Shown: one piece after another, positions 11,741-24,528 of the stretch
Position numbering within the stretch: the stretch's first letter is position 1
How the letters are laid out: each line of letters opens with the position of its first letter
Source of the DNA: Callorhinchus milii
Lineage: Eukaryota
Direction of reading: 5' to 3'
NCBI RefSeq assembly: GCF_018977255.1
Contig: NW_024704743.1
Coordinates: forward strand, 39,620,001-39,684,000
Length of the DNA: 64,000 bases
Notes under the pieces: generated by a model
Seen by the model: the letters and a program-made list of their open reading frames with translations, nothing else
Told to the model about the DNA's origin: nothing
The model's database searches: none
Program-made: the position numbers and the translations under genes

Positions 11741-13369
11741 CATTGCTTTTTCCAATACCTGCTCAGCACTGACACAATAGCACTTGGAAGAACAATGAGC
11801 TCCGTCTAAATAAAACACTTGCATTCAGATCAAATCTGTCAAACTTTAGACTGATGAAACATGAATATTACTGCAAGTACCTGTCCTATAGAAATTGTCC
11901 AAAAGGATCTTCTTAAGATTAGACCAATTTATAGCTGAATATTGAATATTTATAACTCACTCTAGAACTCATCCTTACTTTCTTAACAGCAAGATAATAA
12001 CAATGCAAATGCACTTAATTAACATTAATTTGGTCAGCCTTTGTTTTGAAGCAGGAGAGTAAACTGTCCATGAGTCATTGACTTCAAATGGAATTATTTG
12101 TCAATGTAATATGACAAGACATTCCAAGTAGACAGTCTGAAGGCAAGATTACCTACGTGCTAGGGTTTTTATCATTCTTCAAATGAATCATCCTCACATC
12201 AAGTTCCCCTCCCTACCGACCCTCTGTTTCTTTTTGCACTGAATGTACTTATTTATTTAGCTGTGATCTACTATAAATGAACTTTGCAGTGTAGTGTATG
12301 CTGATTCATGAGGATGGATATTTGAAAAGAGATTAATGATTCCAGGTGAGGAAATTCTTTTGACAGGAACTCTGGATAATGAGGTAGAGTGTGGTTGGCT
12401 ATTAGATTTCAACATATTTGAGTGGCGAAAGGACCTGTAATTTATTGATTCACCAAACTTAAACTAAATGCTGACAACAGTGGAAGTTTCTGAGTAAAGA
12501 TTCCTGACACATCAAAATCCAAGAGTTTAAAGGGAGGGTACCCACCCTAATGAAAAATGAATTTAGTTTATCTGAGTCAATAGAAGAAAAGTGAGTAGGA
12601 CTCTATTTGCAAGCTATTTTCATAACATAGGATACAAAAGGATTGGTTCAAAGAAGCTTCTTTACTCAGGCTTATCTTGAAAGCCTTTCACACATTGACT
12701 AGATGCCCAAGTGGGTTTAAACAGGGATGTGTAACAGTGTTATTTAATCACTCTGTAAATCTTGGCATCTCTGGTCCCAGTACTCTAGAAGGAACAGAAA
12801 TGCAAGAGCTGTAGTAGGCGAGAGTATGTAAGAATAAATATACTGTATTATCAAATGCAGGAGAAGCAGAAACTTCATGGTTGCAATATATTAATGAGAA
12901 TAAAATTGCAGAGAATCTACATAGAATCTACAGCATCGAAACAGTCAAACTAGTTTATTAGCCAGTGTTTACCCATCCTAATCTACCCTTTCTCGCAGAT
13001 GTATGCATGAAGTTTCCTTTTAAATGCATGCATGGTAATAATTGAATGTAATAACTATTATTTTGAAAATTGTAAAGCATCAGCACTATTGTGAGTCTGG
13101 GAAATCATGTTATTGTACTATCTCTTCATTTTAAGTAACACTTCATTAGAATTTTATTACTGTTAGCTGCATGTTATTATTCAATGGACTGAATGTGCAT
13201 TTAATTGCTTAGAAAATAAAGAACTCAATCTAGGGAAAAACTACAAAATCAATAGAAGGTTCAAATGAATTAACACATAATGGATGTCAAATATGTTCAG
13301 TGTGAACAAATTATTTATAGGCATCAGTCACAAATTACAATTATAGACATAATTAGCAAACCTTGGAAT

Positions 13370-13572
13370 AGTAGAACTCTCCCTCAATCCCTCCGCCTTG
13401 ACCCCTTCTCCCCTTTTTCAATTCCCGCATGGAAACCTTCCTCTTCGATCGTGCTTACAGCCACCTCCGCACCCCCACCCCCGCAACTCGGAGTCAGGCT
13501 CCGCCACTGTCAAGGCCTCTGAGACGTTATCCTGTGTAGAGGGTTCTATATAAGTGCATGTTGTTGTTGTTG
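13370..13572 (+). mobile_element. L2 3' fragment, tail family B
   Basis: 'gaactctccctcaatccctccgcc..ctcttcgatcgtgc' then the tail 'ctctgagacgttatcctgtgtagagggttctatataagtgcatgttgttg'. Confidence 0.8.
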
Positions 13573-13764
13573 GAGCATGAGGTGCAGAGGATTGTCTAAA
13601 TCATTATTTTGCTGGTTTACTTTTCCTGTTTATAAATGTAAACTAAAGTTTTGTGGTCTGCTATTCACGACAATTTAGCTGTTTCTATATTTTATTGTAT
13701 TTTTAGGTTGAAAATTGCAATCTGTGATATGTTAATTATCACAGGATAGCCGCCCTAACAAGAT

Positions 13765-13890
13765 AACATTTCCCCTCAGCATTGTATTGGAACATCAGCC
13801 TGTAATGTGAGCTCAGAGTCCCAATGGGAAGCTTGAACCCATAACCTTCTGACTCAGAGGCGACTGCTACCAATTGAGCCAGGCTGACAT
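13765..13890 (-). mobile_element. DeuSINE 5' (tRNA-like head) fragment
   Basis: Reverse strand 'tgtcagcctggctcaattggtagcagtcgccctctgagtcagaaggttatgggttcaag'. Confidence 0.8.
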
Positions 13891-13984
13891 CCTAACTGCA
13901 AACCAGCACTCTAATGCCACAAAGTGGTACTGGCATTGGATCCAATCAATGTGATGTTATCCAGTGCAAACCAATGTTTTTTTT

Positions 13985-15372
13985 TCAGTTTGGTGTCTGG
14001 CACATGCGGAAACCCATCTTCACGCTGAAGAGTACCCAAAACAAACTAAGAATTCCATGCATCCCACCTACATATGAAAATCCAGGGATAGATTGTTGGA
14101 ATGGAATGTGCACTCTCTCCCTGGAGGGATGCATCCTGCTTACAGAAATCCAGAAAGTAAAGACGCAGGTTGGCAAGAACCATGTCTTGAGGATCTCAGA
14201 GTGAACTGTCTCCTACAGTTGAATGTGCACAAGACTGAGGCCCTCCTGATTGGCTCGTGCCAGCCCCTCTGCACCTCAGGCTCTGGCAGCATCAACCTCC
14301 AGGGTTGCACACTACAACTCACCAAGTCAGTCAGGAACCTCGGTGTCTTGTTCGACCCTCAACTGTCTTTTCTCCCCCACATTCAAGCCATGACCCGCTC
14401 TGCCTTCCCTCACTTCCGTAACATTGCCCAACTCTGCCACTACCTCACCCCTCAGGCCGCTGAAACTCTTGTTCATCATCTCCAGGCTCGACTATGTAAA
14501 TGCCCTGCTTCTCAGCCTTCCTAACTCCTCCCTCCACAGGCGGCAGGTAATCCAGAACTCTGCAGCCTGTATCCTCTCCCGCACCAAACTCTGTGACCCC
14601 ATCTCTTCCACTCTCGCTCGACTTTATTGGCTCTCTATCTTTCAGAGGATCCAGTTCAAGATCCTGGTCCTCACATACAAAGCCCTCCATTGCCTCACCC
14701 CACCCTACCTCTGCGACCTCCTAACCCCCTACCAACCCGCCAGTTCCCTCCGCTCAGCCGGTCCAGCCTGCTCCACGTCCCCCGCCCCACCCGACCCACC
14801 ATTGGCTGGAGAGCCTTCAGCCACTCTTCGACTTCGCTGGAGAGCCATCGGCCACCCCCCTTCCCCTCCCCCCCTTCCCACCCCCGACCCCAGCTCGGGT
14901 CTGAAATGCTGTAGTCTGTCCAGCGCCTTGGGAAGTCCTCCCGACGTGAAAGGCGCTATACAAATGTAATCTTCTTCTTCTTCTTGTTGAGGTACCGTTG
15001 GAGACTAACCAGCTAAAAATAGCTTGCCATTGATAGCACTGTCTGGCAAGAAGTCAAGCTACTTGTCTAGCTAGGAACACCCTACCCATTAGGGGTTTGG
15101 CTTGCAGAGTTAACAGGAGCTGAGTGGGATGATTCACTGACCCCAATGACTGGTCTGCCCTTCCATGTCCTGCCAATGTGCTGTCATCTGCAGTGCCCTG
15201 GAATATTACAGATCCACCTGGCTCAGGAACTGGGCTACCAAGACGCCACAGAGGGCTGGCTTGATTTTGACATTCCATAGCCAAACATGTCACCTTGGAG
15301 CCAGTTCAGCTCTAGGGGACCCCACTTACCTTCCCCCCCACCCCACAAGGAAGTTAGTCACAAGTTGGTTAT
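13985..15372 (+). repeat. Family X dispersed repeat, longest copy, split by the L2 at about 14200-14988
   Basis: The left part matches 2050-2235, the right part resumes at 'gtaccgttggag' as in 2250, and it extends to a segment matching 51220-51385. Confidence 0.75.
14200..14988 (+). mobile_element. 5'-truncated L2 (family A)
   Basis: LQLNVHKTEALLIG..VRNLGVLFDPQLSF..SRLDYVNALL..RIQFKILVLTYKALH, frameshifted; canonical stem-loop tail. Confidence 0.95.
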
Positions 15373-15804
15373 TTGACAAGTAGGTACCAGGAATTCCCTG
15401 CAAGCTTCCTGGTGGGCAACACAGCTCAGTGTAAAATGCTAGGACATACATCCCTTCCCATTGAGTGATGGTTCCATCAGTTGGAGGTGCATAATTTGAG
15501 CAGCAGCTGCTTGCCTCTCTGCAGGCCAGTCAAGGTGGATTCCAGGCACTGGATGTACAAACTTGTGTTCACAAACTCGGACTCCAGGTAACGCTTCCAG
15601 CAACTTTCACCCCAAGCTTCAGCTATCTAGTGGGCATCTAGCAGGCTTCAGCAGGCTTCAATCTGGCGAGGTGTGTGGGAGAGGAGAGTGTCACACTCAT
15701 GACCGTTTTTTAGTTATTGACTGTCTTTAATTGTCACTGGCTTCTTCAAGTAAACTTATTATTCATTGTGATAGCTATCAGCAGTGAAAATTAACATTAT
15801 GAAT

Positions 15805-17740
15805 CGGCTCCTCTGCACACCCTTTCATGCCTCACCCATCCTCACCTCAAAAGCCAACTGTGAGACGATGCTGGACTTCAGTGAATCCAAAGTCGAGGGA
15901 ATCCACTCAGCTGCTTCTGCCACTGCATCTGCTACCCCCTCCCTATCTCCTTCTCCCACCCCACCACCTACGTATCCTTTCCTCCACACCTTTGAAACTG
16001 TACTCCCCTCCTCTCTCATCACCACCATAACCTGTATGAAACCTACCACCTGCTCCCTCGACCCCATCCCTACCCCTCTTCTTACCTTCCATCTCCACTT
16101 TCTTGGCCCTCTACTCACTGACATTGTAGACCTCTCCCTGTCCTCTGTTACTGTTCCCACCCCATTAAACACCGCTGTCATCATTCCTATCCTTAAAAAA
16201 ACCCTTGTTGGACACTTCTTTACTCCCTAACTACTGCCCATCTCCAACCTCCCGTTCCTATCCTAGTTCCTGGAACAAGTTGTTGCTTCTCAGCTTCGCT
16301 CTTTCCTCTCCTGCCACTCCCTTCAAAAACCCCTCCAATTGGGTTACCGTGCCGCCCACAGCACAGAAACAGCCCTGGTCAAAATGACAAATGACATTCT
16401 GTCCATCTGTGACCAGGGCTTCCTCTGATTCCTCGTACTCCTTGACCTCTCTGCTGCCTTCGACACCGTCAATCACTCTCTCCTCATCCACCACCTCTCC
16501 TCTCACCTCAACCTTCACAGCTCTGTCCTTCACTGGTTCAGATCGTACCTCTCATACCGCCTCCACTTTATCTCCACAAACGGTTTCTCTTCTAGCCCCT
16601 GCACCGTCTCGTGCAGCGTTCCTCAAGGCTCTGTCTTTGGTCCCCTCTTCTTCAATATCTATATGCTCCCTCTTGGTGACATCATCCGCAGACATGGGGT
16701 CAACTTCCACATGTATGCGGATGACACCCAACTGTATCTCTCTGCCTCCACCCTTGACTCCAGGACTACCTCAGGCACTGACAGCATCACCATCCATGGT
16801 TGCACACTCCACTTTGCTAAGCCAGACTGGAACGTTGGGGATTTGTTTGACCCTCAACTATCCTTTGTACCCCACATCTGCGCCATGACCTGCTTTGCCT
16901 CTCACTGTGTTTTTGATCTACCTTTCCCCCCACCACCCGCCTTCCACCCACCCCCACACCAACTCCCAGCTTGGGTCCGTAACTCTGTCTGTCCAGTGCC
17001 TTGGGATGTCCTTCCAACCTGACAGGCGCTATACAAATGTAATTTTATTGTCGTAGTTGTTGCCTTCCCCCACCACTGGAATGTCACCCGCTCTGACACT
17101 GTCTCACACCGCGGGCTGCCGATACCCTCATACCTGCCTTCATTACATCAAGGCTTGACTATGCAAACTCTTTGCTTCTCGGCCTCTCCAACTCTTCCCT
17201 CCACAGGCTGCAGATCATCCAGAACTCTGCAGCCCATGTCCTCTCATGCACTAGGCTCCACGACCCTATCACCCCCATCCTTGCCCAACTCCACTGGCTT
17301 CCCATCACACAGAGGATACAGTTCATGATCCTGGTCCTCACCTTCAAAGCCCTCCATGGTCTTGCTCCTTTCTACCTCTGTGACCTCCTAACCCCCTACC
17401 ATCCTGTTCGCTCCCTCCGCTCAGCTGGTTCCTGCCTGCTTCACGTTCCCCTGCCTTGCTCACCCCACTATTGGCAGGCGGGCCTTCCGCCACTCTGCCC
17501 CCACTCCCTGGAACTTCATCCTGCAGTCCTTCCGTCTCGCCCCTTCCCTCACCACCTTTGAGACCCACCTCAAGACCCTCCTCTTCGACCGTGCTTTTGA
17601 TCTCCTTGCTTCCTCCACTGCCCTCCACTCTCCACCATCCCGACTCCCAGCTCGGGTCCGTAATTCTGTCTGTCCAGCACCTTGCGATGTCCTCCCGACG
17701 TGAAAGGCGCTATACACATGTAATTTTGCTGTTGTTGTTG
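15805..17740 (+). mobile_element. L2 (family A) ORF2 RT remnant, about 1.9 kb, containing a nested short L2
   Basis: [63 protein letters not shown]; multiple frameshifts and stops; L2 tail at 17680-17740. Confidence 0.95.
16901..17059 (+). mobile_element. 159-bp L2 3' end nested in L2 with a 6-bp TSD
   Basis: TSD ttgcct at 16895-16900 and 17060-17065; the host L2 sequence resumes colinearly after it. Confidence 0.85.
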
Positions 17741-19023
17741 AGAATTTTTTACCCCTGAATTTTCCTGCCATTTATTATGTGTGTTTGATTATGGGGAGAG
17801 GCTGTGTTTCATTTCATTCATTTCACGGATACATTCATTTATTGTCTTATAGTTGCTGTAGGAACATTTCCTCTATCTAGGAAAGCTGATTGTTACTAGC
17901 ATTACATCTTAGCTTTCACATTTGGTCTCAGATCACCTACATTTAAATGCAAGGTTCAAATTCCTTTGGGATACACATCCATAGAACAAGAAGCCCACAT
18001 CCACTTTAATGACTGAAAACTGTTGAACGAGTAGAATATTTTGCGCTGTATTCTTTTTTCCTAAAATTGCTTCACTGATGAGAAAGGCTGCAACAACTCC
18101 AAGACAATTGAATTATGAATCTATTATACTCATGAAAGCATTGGTACGCTTTTCTATCTGTATCTTTCAGTTTTCACTGTTCCCATTAGAATTTAGGGAT
18201 GATGAATTGGGAAAGAATAGGATTTTATTCTTCAACACTACAATTTCCAATCTATGCTGGTCTTGACTGACACACTGCATTTTCCTCCTGCTATTGCTTT
18301 GACATCTATAATAAAATATTTTTCTATGTATCTATTTAATTCACTGTTACTCCTACCCCTTCCCCCATTTGAGTCTCCCTGTATCATCCTCCTTCCCTAG
18401 TTGAGAGGAAGACTGGAATCATGGGCCTTTTCTATGATTGTCACCTAGGAGGTGAGCAAAAGTGGGGTGTGGAGTTAACTGGCCCTCACGAGGGAACTAC
18501 TGTGATACAGTACATCAGAGCTGTTGCATGCAATTCCACTCTGCCACTTCGACTGCCTTTAAAATACATGATGAAATGTTGGCTTGTTATCCATGTATGG
18601 GACTGAGCAAGTGATTGATTGTTATACTGAGAAACCTTCTACAATATTTGATTAGTCATTCAACGCAAGATAAAAAGACAGATCTTCCAAATCTCAATCA
18701 TCTTAACATATTCACAGCACTAGTCATTAAGTCAATTATTTTTCAGGTATGCTTGAAGACTTCTTATTGGTTTCAATAGAATGTTTTTCAGTTTTGGTTG
18801 AGGAATACTGACAATAAATGTCTGATGTTCATGTGTAACAAGCCAATGAAGCATAGCGGGGTCAGTGTTGGTTGTGTGAAATGAAACATTTATTAATACT
18901 AATGATATAGAGCCTTTTTTAAAAAAAGTACTGTTTAAAACTATCATCGGGTTAATAAAAATAATAGTAATAGTCTTGATGTTTATAGTCTTTCATGTTA
19001 GAAGGACGTCTCAAAGTGCTTCA

Positions 19024-19100
19024 ACAACAACAACTTGCACTTAGATAGCACCCTCCATGCAGGGTAGCATCTCAGAGCTCTTAACAGTGGTGGTGCCTGA
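19024..19100 (-). mobile_element. 77-bp L2 family-B tail nested in a minus-strand SINE tail
   Basis: Reverse strand 'gttaagagctctgagatgctaccctgcatggagggtgctatctaagtgcaagttgttgttg'; flanked by cttca at 19019-19023 and 19101-19105. Confidence 0.75.
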
Positions 19101-19484
19101 CTTCATAAGATATACTTTAAAATGTAGTGACTGTGGTTGAATCTAGTGATTATAAATAAAGAAATATTAATAAATTCAATATTTTAGTCAATTGCCTCCT
19201 GTCAGAGGGAGGAGAGAGTAATTCAAATGTTTCCTAACAGATTCAACATGATATTTATCAAATCAGTTATTTTAAGAAACAGCAGAATTTCAGTTGTTAA
19301 TTAATCAATTGGTTTTGGGTGTAACTCCTCCCTCAGCATTTGTACAATGGTTAAGTCCAAAGCCATTTGGAGAAGAGCATTTCTAACATTATTATAAAGC
19401 TGATGATGATACCAGCTCTTTAATGATATTGGAAAAGAAACACTGGATTTTGGTATCTCTCAACATGTATAGAACACAATAAAT

Positions 19485-19806
19485 GGAGTCCTGTAGCTCA
19501 GTGGTTAGAGCACTTGCTTTGCAAGCGAGAGACCTGAGTTCAATTCCAGGCAGGGCGAAACCTTGGGCAAGTTTCCTTACTTCACACGCCTAATAATAAT
19601 CCCTCCAAAAAAAACCAAACAATAATAAATTGGTCATTTTCAATCTACGACTGTTTGTGGGACATTGCTGTGTGCAATTGGCTGCCGCGTTCGCCCACAA
19701 ATATACAGTCAATTCACTTTACAGTGTGTTCTGTGAAGCGCTTTGGGACGTCCTCCCGACGTGAAAAGCGCTATATCAAATGCAAGGATTATTATTATCA
19801 TTATTT
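19485..19806 (+). mobile_element. Full-length young tRNA-Ala SINE, short subfamily
   Basis: GGAGTCCTGTAGCTCAGTGGTTAGAGC (A-box), GAGTTCAATTCC (B-box), Deu-like 3' body, tail GGGACGTCCTCCCGACGTGAAAAGCGCTATATCAAATGCAAGG(ATT)n. Confidence 0.96.
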
Positions 19807-20440
19807 ATAAACCGGGCTAACTGCTCCCCATCAGTCCACTGTAAATGCAGTAAGTAGGTTCTGTGGCAGGACAACTCTGTGAGCATGGTTCGTGCAGGGA
19901 ACAAGCATCTTGGACAAATATCACTTTTTAATTCTGTGCACTCTCAACTTCTTAGAAACTCTTCCTGGACTGAATGCCTCTGCATTGGAATCCAGTACTG
20001 GTTAAATATTAATTTGCAATCTTCTGGGACACGCTCAAAATCTAGGTCATTATGATAACTCAACCGAATAAGTCAGTTTGAAAGGAGAACACAAATGTCA
20101 GGTATCTATGGGAAGCAAAATGCATGAAAAAAATCAATCTCTACAAGACAGAAGATATTTGTGTATTCTTTCTAAGTACACTGAAAGTTGAAAACGTGTT
20201 CATCAGAAAACTGCAGCATGAATAGAATCCAAAAGCCAGAAAGGAAACTAGAAATGAAAAGCTTATCTCATAAAAGCTCATCTTATATCTGACCTCAGGA
20301 CTCACTGGACTTTGCAATGATGTGGAATTACTTTGGTCTAGAATCTTTCATGTCAGGGTGAATGTACTGTGCTGGAGATGCACTGTATGTCCCATTTACT
20401 TTCCTGGTTTCTCAACAAATACATTTTGTACCCCATTATG

Positions 20441-20965
20441 TGTCAGCCTGACTCAATTGTTAACATTCTTGCCTTTGAGCCAGAAGATTGTGGATTCAAG
20501 CCCCAAGTCAGGACTTGGAACTCATATAGTTCACTCCAATGCCATCTGGGGGTATGCTGCATTATAAAAACATAGAAACAGGAGTAAACCCTCAGCCCCG
20601 CGAGCCTATTCTGCCATTCTATAAATGGCTGATCTGTACCTCAAGTCCAATTGGCCACCCTTATCCTTTATCACTTAATACCCTGATCTAACAAATAGCT
20701 ACCCACCTCAGACTTGAAGATGTGAATGGATCCAACACCCCATTATTGGAGGTGCCATCCACCAGATGAAACATTAACCTGAAGTCCTGTCTGCCTGTTC
20801 AGGTAAGCGTTATGGTGTCATTCATAAAGTGAAGGAAGTTCCTCCCAGTGTCCTGGCCAACAATCCTCCAACTAAAATTGTTCAATCCCTTCAATGCTGT
20901 TTGTGGGACATCACTGCACACAAATTCGCTGCCCCGTTCAACTGCAAGTACACAGTTACTCAATA
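20441..20965 (+). mobile_element. DeuSINE interrupted by a CR1 tail
   Basis: Head 'tgtcagcctgactcaattg..gagccagaagattgtggattcaag'; Deu domain resumes at 20741 'cattattggaggtgccatcc..gatgaaacattaacc'. Confidence 0.8.
20568..20740 (-). mobile_element. CR1-type 3' tail nested in DeuSINE
   Basis: 'aacatagaaacaggagta..cagccccgcgagcctattctgccatt..atggctgatct' is the reverse complement of the tail at 36230-36312. Confidence 0.8.
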
Positions 20966-21978
20966 GATGATTCATGATTCTCCATAGAGTGAACAAACAA
21001 CGTACAAGGATGGGATATACAGGAACCCAGACTGCCCTTATATACACAATAAGGAGCCTGTGCAACATGTTGGAAGCATATGGATTGTTCCCCTTCTGAT
21101 CTCAAAAAGACCCACAGGGATTGATTGAAAGAACAGAAAAGACAAAGGGAGAGCAACAAATATGTTATTTGTTTTCAAATAACTTTCTTTAGAAATTAAG
21201 TACAATTATTTGGACTAAACCCAAAAATTACATCTGGTTGTATTTCAAAATGTCACCAACGTATCAACATCCACAGAAGGGAACTAAAATTGCATTTGGA
21301 CCTTTAACATGCTTCATCAATTAGTCATAATTAACTTGTGGTGGATTATTGAATTTTTATTCCCTATGTGTGCCTTTTTGGCAATTTTCCACCAAACATA
21401 TTCCCAAACCCTGTGAGCCCATGAAAGTCAGTAAACAATATACAGCAACAAAGATGCACAATTATATGCATGATTTGTGACAAATGGGCCATATACCATG
21501 GGACACTGAAGCAACAGCAGGTGCTATGCACTAATGTATAATACCACATCTAATTTTGATCTTGTGTTAATTAAAGAATGTAATCCTTTTAGGCCAACTT
21601 TTTTTATTTTTCTGTTTGCATGTTGATTTGGTACCAAAATTGCCTTAAAACTGTTATTTGAACTGGAGGTTGATGGTGAATAATAGGTGAGAAATGAGAG
21701 CACTGAATAGTATGGCATTTCCTAGTGGGAGAGAAGATGAAGAAGGTCCAAGGGGTGCATGAAGCCTACAAGTTATAACAGGAATTAACACCAAAGGCAA
21801 GTGCACAGCAACAGAGTGAGCTGAGGTCATGAGGAAGGTTTGGTCTCACCTGAGATCTTGTGACTAAGCAGTGGCAACTGGTGTATGAAAACCACCAAGA
21901 GTTTACTTTGAGACATGCACTGACAGATTTGTAAATAGCAAGCCAGCAGGTAGATGGACGAGTCCCAGTCCAACTTGT

Positions 21979-22318
21979 GGAGTCCTGTAGATCAGTGGTT
22001 AGAGCACTCGCCTCGCAAGCGAGAGACCCGGGTTCAGTTCCCAGCAAGGTGAAATGTTGGGCAAGTTTCCTTACTCCACACACCTCTGTTTGTCCAGAAG
22101 TAAGTAGGAACCCGGTTGTTAGTCGATTGGTGGATCGCTTTTCTGGGGTTAATAATTCCTTCCAAAAAAAATTGGTCACTCAATCTATGACTGTTTGTGG
22201 GACACTTCTGTACGCAATTGGCACTACACTTTACAGTATATTCTGTGAAGCGCTTTGAGATGTCTCAAAGACGCGATAAGGTGCTGTATCAATTGAAAGG
22301 ATTATTATTTTATTATTG
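21979..22318 (+). mobile_element. tRNA-Ala SINE, long subfamily (CGC anticodon variant)
   Basis: GGAGTCCTGTAGATCAGTGGTTAGAGCACTCGCCTCGCAAGCGAGAGACCCGGGTTCAG, long internal block, SINE tail. Confidence 0.93.
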
Positions 22319-23011
22319 TAACCCTGTGGAATCTCCCTTTGGACTTCAACTTCAGTTTTGACTTCTGTGAAGCTGGAGACTAAAATGAGATCAGCATCAA
22401 TCAGCATCTGAGTTGAGTTCCAGACAATACACTTAAGACACATCCAGGTACAACATTTTTCCTCAGCTGGAGCTCATAGGCAGCTGTGTGGAGCACTTTG
22501 AGTCATCCTCCCAAAGTGAAAGTCCGTGATACAAATATAAATTGTTCTTGCTCTGTTTTCCATATTTAAGCAAAGCCCTCCCGATGAGGCTACATTCTCC
22601 ATGGGCACTTGCCAGAATCAATGGACTTCTCTTGGCTCTGATGCCTGTTGTGCATGCAAGTAAACTGATGGAAGTCCAACAAATGCTGTTGCCTAACAAT
22701 GCTAAAATATCTGGGGCAAATATCAATACACTTAGTTTCATAGTTGGAAAAAAGCTTTTTCCTTTTCCTGTCTCAACAGCCTTGAACAGTTACTGGAAGC
22801 CAGGCAGTGCAGCACAGCACAACAATTCACTGGTGGGGAAGAAAAAACATGAGACTGATTTATTTATTTGTTGAGAGACTTGATAATTAATATATCAAAG
22901 ACGTTGGAGAGAAGGAAGAAGCTGCCTGAAATAAATTATGCCCTTACCTGAAAAGAGAATAAGAAATGTTTTGACATCCTGCATATACAAAACACTATAT
23001 ATAATATAATA

Positions 23012-23400
23012 AAATAATCTTTGCATTTGATATAGCGCATTTCATGTCAGGAGGACATTTCAAAGCGTTTCACAAGATTTATTGCAAAATATAACCACTG
23101 TGAAATTTGTAGGCCAACAATTTGCATGTAGCAATAACCCACAAAAAGCTATGAAGTGAATGACCAATTGTATTTGGAGGATTACTGCCTTTTATTTTTG
23201 AATTGTGTCAAGGGTTCCTTATCAGGCAGAGGGACATTGGTTTAATATCTCATCTGAAGGATAGCACTTCCAACAAAGTGGTACACCCCCAGCACTACAT
23301 TGGAGTGTCAACCTAGCGAGTTTTAAGTGGTGATGTGAGGCTTGAACCCAGAGCTTTCTGACTCAGAAGTGAGCCAGTGTATCAGATTAGCCAGGCTGAC
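23012..23400 (-). mobile_element. Near full-length DeuSINE
   Basis: Reverse strand shows head (ttctgagtcagaaagctctgggttcaag), Deu domain (ccttcagatgagatattaaacc) and L2-type tail (gtcctcctgacatgaaatgcgctatatcaaatgcaaag). Confidence 0.85.
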
Positions 23401-24189
23401 AGATAAATCAATATTAATATATTGGTAACATGCAGATTTAATTTTTTTTCTGAAAAGCATTCATCGTTTATTTTCCAGCTGTTAAACATAAAACAATTAA
23501 TCATTTCTCTGCAAGGATCCTTCTGCTATTTTTTTGATGATTACTGGGCAGTTGCTTACAGAAGCCCACTGGGATGATCAGGCTTGTGTCTGTGTGTAGG
23601 TGGAGGGGGGAGGTGGGGAGTGGGGAACAATATTTTTCCAACATGTACTTATAATAAAATGAAATTGATTCAGAAGAAACATTACATTTAAGTAGGAATT
23701 AATTTTTGCTTACTGGGTCACAATTCTAGATTTTTAAAGTCTGTTTTTTTAAACTAATGGAACAGTTTTGTGCCTCCACGCAATGTCAGTGTGCCAGCGT
23801 ATGTGTATTCTTAGATGCTTACATAGATTGTACAGCAAAGAAACAAGCCATTTGGCCCAACTTGTCTGTGAGAGTGTTTGTAAACTATTCGAGTATAAAT
23901 ACTTTGACATCCCCCCTCTCACCAGTTGGGTGTCAAGTTCCACCATGTTTAAGCACTCTGAGACCCTATCCGCGTGAAGGGCACTTTATAAATACAAGCT
24001 GATGTTGCTGTAAAGGCAACCATAACATAAAACTTCACTATTAATACATTTTTATCTGTAATTTGGGCAATACAATATATACCTCAGTTACATGTGTCAC
24101 TTACGCATGACAATTATTTCAATCTTGATCTTTACAAAAGTATATTGTATAACTGAACTAATAAACTGCAAAATAAAAAAAAACTGCAT

Positions 24190-24528
24190 AATAATAACTT
24201 ACATTTGAAATAGCGCCTTATCATGTCATTGAGATGTCTCAAAGCGCTTCACAGAATATCCTGTAAAATGGATTGACTGTGCATTGTGTGGGGGCGAAAC
24301 ACAGTAACCCATAAACAGTCGTGGATTGAGTGACCACATTTTATTTTGGGGGCTTATAATCCTCAGAAATGATACATTAATCCATTAACAATCAGGTTCA
24401 TACTTTTTGTTTGGTCAACAGAAGCATGTGGAGTAAGGAAACTTGCCTAAGCTTCCGCCCTGCCCGGGAATCAAACCCGGGTCCCTCGCTTGCGAGGTGA
24501 GCACGCTAACTACTATTCTAAAGGACTC
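24190..24528 (-). mobile_element. tRNA-Ala SINE, long subfamily
   Basis: Reverse strand head ggagtcctttag..ctcacctcgcaagcgagggacccgggtttgattcccgggcagggcg; long block; tail. Confidence 0.9.

Noticed and set aside
19485..19560. Bona fide tRNA-Ala genes (also 1805-1880, 21979-22050, 51970-52047)
   Set aside because: Each continues into the same SINE body and LINE-derived tail, so they are SINE heads.
20790..20810. Plus-strand CAG|GTAAG as a recursive splice site
   Set aside because: It lies inside a DeuSINE (normally 'caggtg') and lacks a strong polypyrimidine tract.
21352..21372. Resemblance to miR-135; also TTGCATAGTC (miR-153-like) at 40151 and 61330
   Set aside because: Only partial matches, the seed or 3' part is missing, no precursor hairpin is seen, and one lies within a SINE.
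22463..22874. Overlapping 92-aa and 110-aa ORFs in unique sequence
   Set aside because: No recognisable protein motif and no convincing flanking splice pair; lengths are compatible with chance.
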